A stretch of DNA of 64,000 nucleotides. Origin: Candidatus Latescibacterota bacterium. Its GTDB lineage: Bacteria; Latescibacterota; UBA2968; UBA8231. This document shows positions 30,730 through 40,234 of the stretch, piece after piece. Position numbers and translations under genes: made by a program. How positions within the stretch are numbered: the first letter of the stretch is position 1; the number at the start of each line of letters is the position of its first letter. The stretch is from positions 480,001-544,000 of the forward strand of contig CBDAOB010000004.1 of NCBI GenBank assembly GCA_965197905.1, read 5' to 3'. A model generated the notes under the pieces. The model ran no database searches, had not been told where the DNA came from, and was given only the letters and a program-made list of their open reading frames with translations.

Positions 30730-30769
30730 AGCCCTCGGTTAACTCAGGTTAGCCGGGGGCTTTTTCTTT
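30730..30769 (+). terminator. Intrinsic terminator
   Basis: AGCCCTCGGTTAAC-TCAG-GTTAGCCGGGGGCT followed by a T-rich tract. Confidence 0.75.
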
Positions 30770-30819
30770 GCCATGGTTACAGCCGAAGTATCTGCATGTG
30801 TGTCGCTACAGATCTTACT

Positions 30820-31192
30820 TTATCCAGCCACATTCACCTGCTGCTCAGCAATATTGATCTGGACATTCACGCCCAGCAGCTTGCGCACCTGCGCCAGAGT
30901 CTTGCACGCCGACAGAAACCGTCGGTGGCACCGTTCCTGCCATTTCTGATAGAACGCGTGTTTATCAATAAGTGCGAGTTGGAACTCTAGTTTGTCGAGG
31001 CACAGACCTACGCAGATCTCTACCCAGATTGCCATCAGCCTCTAACGCCTTCGGGGCTTCGGCGAAAACTACGCTCAAACGCATTGAGAGCGTCTTATCG
31101 CCCTTCTTGGCCTTGTCGTAAAGCTTCCGCACTTTCCGATGTTCGGCCTTGGTGAGCTCGTGTATCGACTTCTGAAGGCTGTTCTCACCCAC
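30820..31192 (-). pseudogene. Element gene orfB (..CHRRFLSACKTLAQVRKLLGVNVQINIAEQQVNVAG*), frameshifted or internally deleted; contains tail copy B
   Basis: The GTG start overlaps the orfA stop; N- and C-terminal halves lie in different frames. Confidence 0.65.
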
Positions 31193-31488
31193 GCCGTTTC
31201 CTCCATTCCCCTCGGTGATTGAAGAAGCCCGCACCTTCCAGTACCCGGGCTACCGCGGTCTTGCAAACAGCTTCGTGGTCCCTCATTTCACGCTCCATAG
31301 CCGCAATCTCTGCCTTCTCCTGCCTCCACGCCCTGCGCTCTTCCTCGCGCTGCTGACGCGCCTCAGCATCGAACCGACGCCTCCTGGCCCCGTATTCCAC
31401 CACCGATATACTCACGGATCTGGTGGCCATTTACACGGCGGGTACGGGTATAGTAGGGCCCACCGCGTTCCCTCATTTCCCAGGACAT
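31185..31488 (-). pseudogene. Element gene orfA (MSWEMRERGGPYYTRTRRVNG..EYIGGG / ..AGFFNHRGEWRKRRG*), frameshift near 31375
   Basis: Two frames join into one coherent basic and coiled-coil protein. Confidence 0.65.
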
Positions 31489-31650
31489 TGGCGGTCAACC
31501 CAGGCTCTGTTGTGTAGCTGTGTGGGTAGCTCCCAAGCTTTCGTCCCGATGCAGAGCAGCTCCTTTTTCGCGCTCTCCGCCCCCGCCAGAACCGGGGCAG
31601 CGGTAGCACTCCGCCTACCCCAGTGCCAGGGCCGGACAGTTTAGGGCCGG

Positions 31651-31913
31651 TCAGTTTCGTTTCAGCCACGGTGTATGAGCATGTCGGATTGGTTTTCCGA
31701 GGTTATCGCAATCCGCAAGGAAATGATGGAGATCTTGGTGTGCTTCCGGCCAGCACCGTGGAACATCCGGGTACCAGACGGTCCTTCCAGGCCGATCACC
31801 TCTTCCCTACCGGAGTTCCCATAGAGGTATCCTCCTTAGGTGTTGGGATGAGTCTAACTTCGACGGAGCCCCTCGAAACTGAGGAAATTTCCATCTTCGG
31901 GTGGTTTTGTGTC
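31651..31913 (-). pseudogene. orfX copy 2 (frameshifts and a TAG)
   Basis: Homolog of 25994-26278. Confidence 0.6.
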
Positions 31914-32074
31914 CCAACTCTACCTGGGGGTTGAACGATCTGATTCCCCAGTTCGGTGTTTAATGTGGACGGCACGCTATCAAGAGGGGAACGGTGGACT
32001 CCTGTTGGCCTGGTAAAGCGGCCGCTAACCTCTCGTTTGCTCATATTCGTTTAATCTCCACTGCTGCAGTTGCG

Positions 32075-32449
32075 CTATTTTGATCCAGACCTTTCAGGCG
32101 CCTCCAGTTCGCCTATTGCCTCCGCCAGCATCTCCTTAACCTCGAGCAATTGGTCCGGGGTATCGGCGTACCATAGCCGCAGGGGGTGAGCTGAACCGCC
32201 CAGATAACCCCAGCGTCTGAAGCCAACCGGTTCACCGCCAAGCACCAGCTCTTTCGCGTAAATCAAGACTTCGAGGTCGTCTTGATAGCCGAAGCGTTCA
32301 ATCAAGTCCACCGACGACAATCCCTGCGGTCCGGCTCCCCGCAGGATCTGAAGGAGTGCTTTTCTGGGGGCAACTCTTACCAAATCTCTAAATTCACACA
32401 TCGTTGGTGTTGGTTGGTATACCGCCCACATGACATACCGTAGCCCCAT
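32075..32449 (-). CDS. Hypothetical protein of the element remnant (possible winged-helix)
   Basis: ORF in tandem with neighbouring element ORFs; LLQILRGAGPQGLSSVDLIERFG. Confidence 0.4.
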   Translation of the reverse strand: MGLRYVMWAVYQPTPTMCEFRDLVRVAPRKALLQILRGAGPQGLSSVDLIERFGYQDDLEVLIYAKELVLGGEPVGFRRWGYLGGSAHPLRLWYADTPDQLLEVKEMLAEAIGELEAPERSGSK

Positions 32450-32451
32450 AT

Positions 32452-32763
32452 TCACTTCTTTTGGCCTCGAACAACCGCCAAAATCTGTGCTTTCTCCGAA
32501 GTCGATAGTCGATCCCATGCCTCCGCGACTTCAGCCAAACCTGCGGGCGGATTCTCGTACATACATGGTACATACTTTTCGTGCAAAGTTGTGTCTGGGT
32601 TGTGTTCGGGTTTTGCAGGGATTTGTTTTTTGAGGCCTTGAACGGGATTCCCTATCTTCTTTTTCTGTAATGGATTTGCAGAGTTCTGTCCGGCTTCTGT
32701 CGGAGAAGTGTCAGAATCGACAGTACCCTCGGAATGGGGTTCGAATCCCGGCACCCCGACCAT
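32452..32763 (-). CDS. ORF starting in the att core; possible integrase C-terminal tail
   Basis: Begins MVGVPGFEP (antisense tRNA end) and ends PAGLAEVAEAWDRLSTSEKAQILAVVRG. Confidence 0.4.
   Translation of the reverse strand: MVGVPGFEPHSEGTVDSDTSPTEAGQNSANPLQKKKIGNPVQGLKKQIPAKPEHNPDTTLHEKYVPCMYENPPAGLAEVAEAWDRLSTSEKAQILAVVRGQKK
32737..32763 (+). repeat. tRNA-Pro 3'-end duplicate (attR)
   Basis: GGGTTCGAATCCCGGCACCCCGACCAT, identical to 8458-8484. Confidence 0.92.
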
Positions 32764-32847
32764 TGTAAACCCTTGTGAGACACCCCCGCGCTAATCGTAG
32801 CGCGACCCGACTCATGGTGAGGTTGGTAGCCGCGCTGCCCCACTATT

Positions 32848-33855
32848 TTGTGCAAGGCAAGAGTGGAAAAGTCATTATCGAAGGAAAGTGAGAGATCGCA
32901 TCGAGAATTCACCCTCGAGTTGATCGACGCGACGCTGCAAACCCACCCGCCGGCCCTGCCGGAGCCACCGGAGCGGCGGCTGGCGCTGCTGCTTCTGGAC
33001 CACTTGCTGCATGAGGAACCGGCGCCCGGAAGGCCGGTGATTCAAGCCTTCCACCACCGCCGCACGGCCGACGCGGCCGCCGACATCGCCGCTACCGTCG
33101 TCAGCTCGGGCGCTGCAATGTGGAAATTCTACGATCATGCCTTCGTCGTGCGCACGCCGGAGGTGACCCTTGGGTTCGACCTGACCCGCGAACACCTGGT
33201 GGGCGACCGCCGCTCGGATGACGTGCTCGACCGGATTTCCGACGCCTGCGACGTGCTGTTCATCAGCCATTTCCACGATGATCATGCCGATGCGCACGTG
33301 GCGGCCCGGTTCCTGGACCAGAACAAACCGGTAGTCGCGCCGCCCCAGGTGCTCAGCGAGCAGCCGTTCCACGAGCGCATCACTCACCTGCCGCGCGAAC
33401 CCCACCTGCTCCACGAACTGCCCGTGCGCGGCGGGGAAGTGCTCCTGCGCGTCGCCGCCAACCCCGGCCACCAGGGAGCGGATACCGAGAACAATCACCA
33501 CGTGGTGATCGCCCCGGGCGGGTTCACCGCGGTCCACACCGGCGACCAGGGGAACTGCGATGACCTCGACTGGCTGGACAGCGCCCACGACCACTACCAG
33601 GTCGATCTGCTGCTCCCACATTGCTGGGTGCCCGACTTGCAGCGGCTCGTAGCCGCCTATGCGCCGCGCTTCATCGTGCCCGGTCACGAGCGCGGCGAAT
33701 ACGAGTCGGTCTACGCACGGTTGAACGAGCTGAGCCATGATATCACTCACCGCGAACCGTACTGGCTCTCCTACAAGCGATTGACGACGCATCTCGACAA
33801 AATGCTGGTGATGACCTGGGGCGAGCGCTTCGACGCAGACAGCGGCTCGCAGTGA
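32848..33855 (+). CDS. MBL-fold metallo-hydrolase (start uncertain, may be 5'-truncated)
   Basis: SHFHDDHAD, HTGD and PGHE motifs. Confidence 0.8.
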   Translation: MCKARVEKSLSKESERSHREFTLELIDATLQTHPPALPEPPERRLALLLLDHLLHEEPAPGRPVIQAFHHRRTADAAADIAATVVSSGAAMWKFYDHAFVVRTPEVTLGFDLTREHLVGDRRSDDVLDRISDACDVLFISHFHDDHADAHVAARFLDQNKPVVAPPQVLSEQPFHERITHLPREPHLLHELPVRGGEVLLRVAANPGHQGADTENNHHVVIAPGGFTAVHTGDQGNCDDLDWLDSAHDHYQVDLLLPHCWVPDLQRLVAAYAPRFIVPGHERGEYESVYARLNELSHDITHREPYWLSYKRLTTHLDKMLVMTWGERFDADSGSQ

Positions 33856-33873
33856 CTCGCCGCGAACCCGGTA

Positions 33874-34027
33874 CTACTCCCCGAAAGAGGTAGGCGAGAA
33901 GCTTGTCCGCCTCGCACCAATCGGGCACGAGCATTTGCGCCCCCACCTCGAGGAGGCGATTCCGCTTCCAGTGATCCCAGCCGCCGTCGGTCTCGTTGCT
34001 GGCGATGCCGGCGGTGACCGCCCCCAC
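33874..34027 (-). pseudogene. C-terminal fragment of a HAD-like hydrolase
   Basis: GIASNE..WKRNRLLEVGAQMLVPDW. Confidence 0.45.
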
Positions 34028-34112
34028 CTCGGCGCCGTTTTCGATCTAAAGATGTCGTCCACCGTTGACTCCCTTCAAGTAGGGGGTTAGCCAAACGCCC
34101 CATCGGAAAGGT

Positions 34113-34300
34113 TTGATTGCTCTAGACGAGCATGGGTGTATCGAAGCCGAGGTTGCCGCCCGAATGGAGTGGGTACCCATAGAGACGTTGCCAGGTGACG
34201 TTTTGTGTTTCAGCTCATACGTACCTCACAAGAGTGATGGCAACCATTCAACACACCCACGAAGAATCTTTACGTTAACGTATAGGAAAAATAAAGACCG
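34113..34300 (+). pseudogene. PhyH-family internal or C-terminal fragment
   Basis: PGDVLCFSSYVPHKSDGNHSTHPRRIFTLTY. Confidence 0.7.
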
Positions 34301-34376
34301 TTATCGACAGTTGCGCCGAGGGTCCGAGCCGGTCTAGTGCGGCGTTTGTCGGGACATTTGCAACGTGTGGTCGGCT

Positions 34377-34850
34377 GGCCATGAGAAACGGCCGCGAAGC
34401 GCTAGTGCGGATCTATTTCGGGCACCTGAACGCCGCTTTTGAGCAACCGCTCAAAACGGGTAGACATACCTCGCCCTCAGCCAATCAGGCGTAGTCGAAT
34501 TGCGGTTGGGGATCTGGGCGCGAGGGTGCGATGCCGGCGGCGCCCGCGCCGGGTGGTGCCGTCCGACCACGGGGTTTTCAAAGTGTAGGTCAGGGTATCG
34601 GCGTCGAGCGGGCGCAAGCGGCCTGAAGCCAGGGGCGGGCGCATCACGTAGCGGCACAGTTGTTCCAGGCGGCTGCGGTGGTCGGCGGCAATTCGGGTAG
34701 CTGCATGCAGCGAAAACCCGCGGGCGGCGAAGCACAGGGGACCGGCGCAAACGCCCTGCTGCGGATCGACCAGGCGACGCCGGACCCGTTGCCCGACGCG
34801 TTCACCGGTAGTACCTTCCTCGAGCAGGCCGCGGCGAATATTTGGTTGTT
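34377..34850 (-). mobile_element. IS91/ISCR-family transposase remnant with 3' non-coding end
   Basis: GFSLHAA..RLEQLCRYVMRPPLA..LKTPWSDGTT, then IAPSRPDPQPQFDYA*. Confidence 0.85.
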
Positions 34851-34920
34851 GTGAAAACGAGAAATGCGACGAGAGGCGTCTTTTTAGGGAACTCGCGTCC
34901 TTACGAAAGGAGTGCCAACG

Positions 34921-37920
34921 GTGGACTTTTCTCATTTGCTTCGGGGGTGCTTGCCACGTCGGTCGCTGTGCGCCCTGGTTCTTGCAACAACAGCCTGGGC
35001 CCCAAGTGGGGAGGCGCAGGAGTACCCCTGGAAACATGTAAACGACGCCCAGTCGGCGCGGCCCTTTCTGCGCTGGGAGCGGCCCACCTACTCGAACTAC
35101 GCGCACCAGCATTTCGCCAACTACCAAGACCACTCCGCCCCCTACGAAGATTCGCCGCGGGCGTACTACGGATCGATGGGGAATTATCTCATTTCGGGGT
35201 ATTCGTTGTACGAATGGAGGGAAGAACGCACTCCTGGTCATGAGTGGACCAGCACCATTTTCAAACATTCCGACAGGGGCTCAGGCCCCTGGGTGACCGC
35301 TTTCGACAACATGGTCATGGCCAGGGACGGCTACGGGGACTGGGGCTACTCCCTGGTCGCCGGGGACGGGCTGATAGCGCGTTTCTCACCATTGGTGCTG
35401 TCCATGGTCGACCTGAACGGGGTGCGCATGGATGTGGCGGTTCCGAATCTGCGTTTTACCGGTATCGCGTCGCGCATCGAACGCCCCAAGATCTACCTCG
35501 AGAGCCCGGAGAAATGGGCGTTCGAGAGGTTCCACCTCGCCGACGATTCCACCCTCTTGCTGGGGGGGCGCGCCCTGTTCGACCTGAGCCGTCTACAGCT
35601 GGGTTTCAGTGGCGCCAACATTCATATCTATCGCAGCACCGAACCGGGCAACAGCCTCAAGGGTCGATTGCGCCCGGGACAGCCCGCGATCGAATGGCTG
35701 CTGGTCCGGTTCTCCGATGACTCCCCTGAGGACGGTATCGCGGGGGCGCTGGTGCAGGAAGTACAACTGGTGGTGAACGGGGAGACGCGCCCCGACCTGG
35801 TGCCCCGCGTCGTGTCTCATCAGGAAGGAATAACACCGCAGGTGGGTCGTTTTTCTTCGGCCACAGGCCGTTTTCAGCCGGTCGACTACACCAACACCGG
35901 CGGTTCCAATCTCTTCTACCACGGACGCCGGGATCTACCCCTCTTCTCGGACTATCTCTACCGCCTCGACCACGACGCCGACATCGACATAAGCGATGTC
36001 GCCAACATACCCGGGTTGGTGAGCGGAATCTCCGTACTCCGACCGGGTGACCTCGTGCGCGCCGACGGTGACGATCAGGTGATCTACCTCTTCGACATGA
36101 CCGGGGAACAGACGATAGAGTCGGTGAAGGTGGAGGCCCTGGTCGGCAACGACTTTCGGGTCGACGTGGCGCACCTGAACACCGTCAATACCCGTGGTCG
36201 CACCTACCATCAGCAGTTCCAGAGCACCTTCTATCGCACCGTAGCGCGGTCGAAGGGGAACGTACAGGATGTAGGCAATCTGAAACGGCGGCGGTTCGCC
36301 GTGAGCGAGGACACGGGCCTCTTCACTTACGGCACCGATCTCCGCCTGGCGCTGCCGGGTATGGAGGTGACTGCGGAGTACGCCGGCTCAGCCCGGTATG
36401 GCCGCTATCCCGCACTCATGGAAGGGGAGAACGACTTTCGCGCCGGACCGCGTTCGGTGGAGCGGGGCTCGGCCTTCTTTGTCAACGCCAGCCACTGGTT
36501 GTCCCGCGGCCGGATCGGGGGCGAGTACTTCCGCATCGGTCCGAGCTTCCGCACTGAGATGCGCAACTACCTAAGCGAATTCGGCCTCGAAAGTACCAAC
36601 CTGCAGCATATAACCAACAGGACCGTCTACTGGGACCTGGTGCAAGACAACGACGATGGCGATCGCTTCTCCGACAAGCGGGCGGGCAATCTGCCCGGGT
36701 TTCCCAACGATGCGTCCTCGCGACGAGACAATCGAGGCTCTAACCGAGACGACGACGATCTGAATGGCGTCACCCTGGGTCAGGACGCCGACAACGACGG
36801 CTTTCCCGACGTCAACCGGAACGGCGACCTGGTTCCCGATTTCGAAGAGCCGTTCCTCATGTACGAGGTGGAGCCGAACAAGTATGTCTACGGCCTGGAT
36901 CGGAACAACAACAACGAGCCAGACCTACGGGAGGACGATAACGATCCAGATTATCCGTACGACCTCGATAACAAAGGGTTCCACCTCTTCGGGCAGGTGG
37001 ATCTGAGTCGGCACTGGTCACTCGCCGTGGGACACTACGACGTGGAGCAGATCGCCGGCGCCGGCCGCAACCGATCCACTTATTCGCTGCTCACCTACCA
37101 ACGGTTGGGTAGGAATTGGCTGCCCCAACTGCTCTTCGAAAATAATCTCCGGCGCGTGCGGGACGATATTCCGGACGAATACCTCGCCCTGGATGTGCTT
37201 CCGACGCGGACATTCGATTATTACTCTGGAGGACTCAGGGCGGAACGCGGCGGAGGTGTCGGCAGGCTGCTGGACGGCCCCCCGATCTTCGGAACTCGCT
37301 TCGTGCCCGACCTGGTGGAATACCAGGACAGCTTCGTGAACGAGATGTACCTGGAAGCCCGTGTGATGCCGGTACCGGGGTTGAACCTGCACCAGAAGAT
37401 GCGCTGGCGCTTGAATTGGCAGCAAGGTGGGCAGTTGCGCCCGGGTATTTTCCAGCTCGAGCGCCGGGTCGATCTGTGGACTTGGGTGAGCCGGATCGAC
37501 TACCCCCTGCAGCTGGGACGCGTGACCATCATACCACAGTACAAATACATGCTCTTCCGGCTGTACGACCAGGAAAGGGACCGGGGCATCGAGTTCGAGA
37601 CCCGATCTATTCCGATCCTGCGCGTCGAATATCCCTTCTTGCCCCGCACCGTCCTCCGGGCCGGCTTCCAGGGAGTCGGTCCGTTGCCGTACCGATCAAA
37701 GGACCGCCTCGCCGGCCGGAACAGTTTCGAGCAGCGGACCGCCTTCCTGACCGCGACGAACCGGTCGAAATACTTCGGCTACGACCTGGTCACTGTCGTC
37801 GGTCTCAAGAGAGACCGACGCACCTTCGACGACCCGGGTCAGGAGCTCAACGAGTTCGATGTCTGGTCCTTCTTCGTTCGTGGGTTAATCGGATTTACCG
37901 AACACGGCCGGCCGATATAG
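34921..37920 (+). CDS. Large exported protein of unknown family, paralog 1 (putative outer-membrane protein with acidic repeats)
   Basis: Signal peptide, DxDxDG-rich segment, amphipathic C-terminal strands; AAGGAG RBS. Confidence 0.85.
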   Translation: MDFSHLLRGCLPRRSLCALVLATTAWAPSGEAQEYPWKHVNDAQSARPFLRWERPTYSNYAHQHFANYQDHSAPYEDSPRAYYGSMGNYLISGYSLYEWREERTPGHEWTSTIFKHSDRGSGPWVTAFDNMVMARDGYGDWGYSLVAGDGLIARFSPLVLSMVDLNGVRMDVAVPNLRFTGIASRIERPKIYLESPEKWAFERFHLADDSTLLLGGRALFDLSRLQLGFSGANIHIYRSTEPGNSLKGRLRPGQPAIEWLLVRFSDDSPEDGIAGALVQEVQLVVNGETRPDLVPRVVSHQEGITPQVGRFSSATGRFQPVDYTNTGGSNLFYHGRRDLPLFSDYLYRLDHDADIDISDVANIPGLVSGISVLRPGDLVRADGDDQVIYLFDMTGEQTIESVKVEALVGNDFRVDVAHLNTVNTRGRTYHQQFQSTFYRTVARSKGNVQDVGNLKRRRFAVSEDTGLFTYGTDLRLALPGMEVTAEYAGSARYGRYPALMEGENDFRAGPRSVERGSAFFVNASHWLSRGRIGGEYFRIGPSFRTEMRNYLSEFGLESTNLQHITNRTVYWDLVQDNDDGDRFSDKRAGNLPGFPNDASSRRDNRGSNRDDDDLNGVTLGQDADNDGFPDVNRNGDLVPDFEEPFLMYEVEPNKYVYGLDRNNNNEPDLREDDNDPDYPYDLDNKGFHLFGQVDLSRHWSLAVGHYDVEQIAGAGRNRSTYSLLTYQRLGRNWLPQLLFENNLRRVRDDIPDEYLALDVLPTRTFDYYSGGLRAERGGGVGRLLDGPPIFGTRFVPDLVEYQDSFVNEMYLEARVMPVPGLNLHQKMRWRLNWQQGGQLRPGIFQLERRVDLWTWVSRIDYPLQLGRVTIIPQYKYMLFRLYDQERDRGIEFETRSIPILRVEYPFLPRTVLRAGFQGVGPLPYRSKDRLAGRNSFEQRTAFLTATNRSKYFGYDLVTVVGLKRDRRTFDDPGQELNEFDVWSFFVRGLIGFTEHGRPI

Positions 37921-37940
37921 TTCGATACGAGAGGAACAGG

Positions 37941-38015
37941 ATGAGTCAGTTCAAGGGTGTGTTCCCGGCGACCATTACGCCGATGCAGGCGGATGGCCGT
38001 TTCGACGAACAGGCG
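37941..38015 (+). pseudogene. DapA/NAL-family aldolase N-terminal fragment
   Basis: MSQFKGVFPATITPMQADGRFDEQA after a GAGG RBS. Confidence 0.7.
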
Positions 38016-38043
38016 GCCGGCGGCGTGACAAAGGTAAATTGAG

Positions 38044-38240
38044 ATGACAGGGTTAAATCTTGATGATCGACTGCGACTCCCCTACTCCATCGCTACGGGT
38101 ATGCCCAAAGGTGGTGACGCGGAGATCGAGGGGTACCTGCAATCGTTGCGAGTCCAGGGTTTCTGTGTCGTCGAGAGGGTGACCCCTGAGGGCGAAATCA
38201 GCACGGTGCGCGAGAGCGTGCACCGGGGGAGCCGGCTGTT
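38044..38240 (+). pseudogene. N-terminal fragment of a PhyH gene; inverted near-copy of 42830-43017
   Basis: 188-bp collinear match (38053-38240 vs 42830-43017). Confidence 0.85.
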
Positions 38241-38243
38241 CGT

Positions 38244-38531
38244 CGGGGTCTTGCAGGAATCGAAGTATTCAACTCGTTCTGCGAGAACTCTGCTGAAGTG
38301 GGCAACTCGAGTAGGTTGTGGGACGAATTATCCGCGCACAAGATACGCCTCTTGGGGTTGGCGGTTGACGATGGCCACTGGCGGTCTGATCCGATAAGCG
38401 AGGGAAAGGGCTTTGTTACGGTACGAGCGCAGGCTTTGACCGAAGTGGATCTGCTTCAGGCGATTCGCCGTGGGCATTTCTACGCAAGTACGGGACCGAC
38501 ATTCACAAATATTTCACTAACCCTATGTTAA
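38244..38531 (+). pseudogene. PHP (CehA/McbA-like) C-terminal fragment
   Basis: GIEVFNS..WDEL..AVDDGH..AIRRGHFYASTGP. Confidence 0.7.
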
Positions 38532-38556
38532 TGTAAATGTGAGAATAGTTACCGGC

Positions 38557-40197
38557 ATGAATCTAAACCGCCCACTGAAAAAGAAGCTCGAGATACCTGA
38601 ATCAATAGAGAAAATCATAATCGTTAGTGACATACACGCGTTTCTATCACCGCTTAGAGAAATCGAGAAACTCATCGGCGATAGGCGAGCAACAACCCAG
38701 GTGATGTTCAACGGAGATGTATTCGGCATTGGACCAGAACCAATAGAATCGCTCGAGTGGGTGATGGAGCACGCAGGTGACTATTTCGCCGCGGGGAATA
38801 ATGACGACAATGTGGCGTTTCTCGAGCCGACGGACGGAACGTTTCCTATCAGCTCCTTTGAAGGTATACGGCAGGCGCTTACCGAAAACCACTTGAAATA
38901 CCTGCTGGATAAGCCGTACGTAATCGACGCGACCTGGCGCGGATACACAATTCGTCTACTCCATAGTCATCGGTTAGCGTCGGGTGAAATCTGGACAGAC
39001 CGTCCTCTAGTGCCGTCTCTCGAAGATTTTGCGAAAGATTTCATGGAGGACGGAGTTTCTCTCACGGTCGCTGGCAATATACATATCCCATTCGTGCGTA
39101 TGATAGACGGAAAACTGATGGCCAACGCCGGATCAACAGGCTGCACGTTGGAAGGCTTGATTGGCAACGACGGGAAACTGGTTTATTACGGCTATAAGAA
39201 CCCGATTTGGGATGATCGGCAGAGTTTTTTGCAGGTTATGCTTTCAGATGGGGAGCTTACCGCGGAAGTCGTGCGGTTTTATGCCGGCGGACACGTCGCG
39301 GCGCTCGAAAAAATGACACCTGCTGAAGAACCTGGTTTAGAGAAACACAATGTCATTATGCGAGAGCAAGTCAACATAGTCGCAGAGATATACGAGAAGC
39401 TTCGCGATAGAAAGGACGTCAGCGTACTCGAACACGTACGGCTTCTAAAGGATCGCATGATCCTTGAACAAACGGCGAAAACTATTACGAAGCACTATGA
39501 CGAACGACGGATTTTACCGCTGGACGGTACGCGAAACACGAGGGATGTAGGCGGCTATCCAACCATAGACGGTGGAGTCACGCGATGGCGCAGGTTCTAC
39601 CGGTCCGACACCTTGCACCGTGTTTCGCCTGCATCGCAAGCAATGCTCATTGAGTACGGACTTCGCACGGTAATCGATTTGCGGCTCAATAGGGAACTCC
39701 GGAAGGAACCAAACGTCTTCGCCGAATCTGAAAGGGTGACATACCATCATAAGATGATTATCGATGAAGAACTGGAGCCGGAGCTTAATGCGAAGCAGGC
39801 ACATTGGACGGATCATGAGAGCTTCATGCACTCGTACACAACTGTGCTCGATCGCCGGCAGCAGCAGCATTGCGAAATTGTATCGTTATTGGGTTCGGCT
39901 GGCGCACTTCCTGCGCTGGTGCATTGTCGCGGGGGAAAGGATCGGACAGGTACTATGACTATGTTGGTTTTAGGCGTCGTCGGTGTAGCCAACGAAGCTA
40001 TAATAGAGGATTACACGCTTAGCGACCTCTACCTTCGAGATCGGACGGATCTTCAGCGCCGTAGAACCATGGCTGAAAACATGAGAGCTTTTCTTGATTA
40101 CATAGACGAAAAGTACGGCGGGATAGAATCATATCTTACCGGGGGCGGCGTCACCGGAGCGCAGATCGCGTATCTTCGCAAGGCGTTGGTCGAGTAA
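38557..40197 (+). CDS. Fusion of a metallophosphoesterase-like domain and a tyrosine-protein phosphatase (Y_phosphatase3-like)
   Basis: SDIH/NGD/GNND/GNIH, then NTRDVGGY, VIDLR and HCRGGKDRTG. Confidence 0.85.
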   Translation: MNLNRPLKKKLEIPESIEKIIIVSDIHAFLSPLREIEKLIGDRRATTQVMFNGDVFGIGPEPIESLEWVMEHAGDYFAAGNNDDNVAFLEPTDGTFPISSFEGIRQALTENHLKYLLDKPYVIDATWRGYTIRLLHSHRLASGEIWTDRPLVPSLEDFAKDFMEDGVSLTVAGNIHIPFVRMIDGKLMANAGSTGCTLEGLIGNDGKLVYYGYKNPIWDDRQSFLQVMLSDGELTAEVVRFYAGGHVAALEKMTPAEEPGLEKHNVIMREQVNIVAEIYEKLRDRKDVSVLEHVRLLKDRMILEQTAKTITKHYDERRILPLDGTRNTRDVGGYPTIDGGVTRWRRFYRSDTLHRVSPASQAMLIEYGLRTVIDLRLNRELRKEPNVFAESERVTYHHKMIIDEELEPELNAKQAHWTDHESFMHSYTTVLDRRQQQHCEIVSLLGSAGALPALVHCRGGKDRTGTMTMLVLGVVGVANEAIIEDYTLSDLYLRDRTDLQRRRTMAENMRAFLDYIDEKYGGIESYLTGGGVTGAQIAYLRKALVE

Positions 40198-40234
40198 CGA
40201 AGTTCCGCTACGAGTAACTAGACGCGACCGGAAG

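Larger units (their letters stand above)
8484..32763. mobile_element. ~24-kb composite island integrated at tRNA-Pro
   Basis: Exact 27-bp direct repeat of the tRNA 3' end (8458-8484 and 32737-32763); element remnants near the right end. Confidence 0.8.

Noticed and set aside
25992..31913. The ~270-bp repeat (25992-26261 / 31649-31913) as a structured ncRNA (GAAA/GCAA and cUUCGg loops on the + strand)
   Set aside because: Most differences between the copies are synonymous third-position changes in one minus-strand frame, so a decayed protein-coding sequence explains it better
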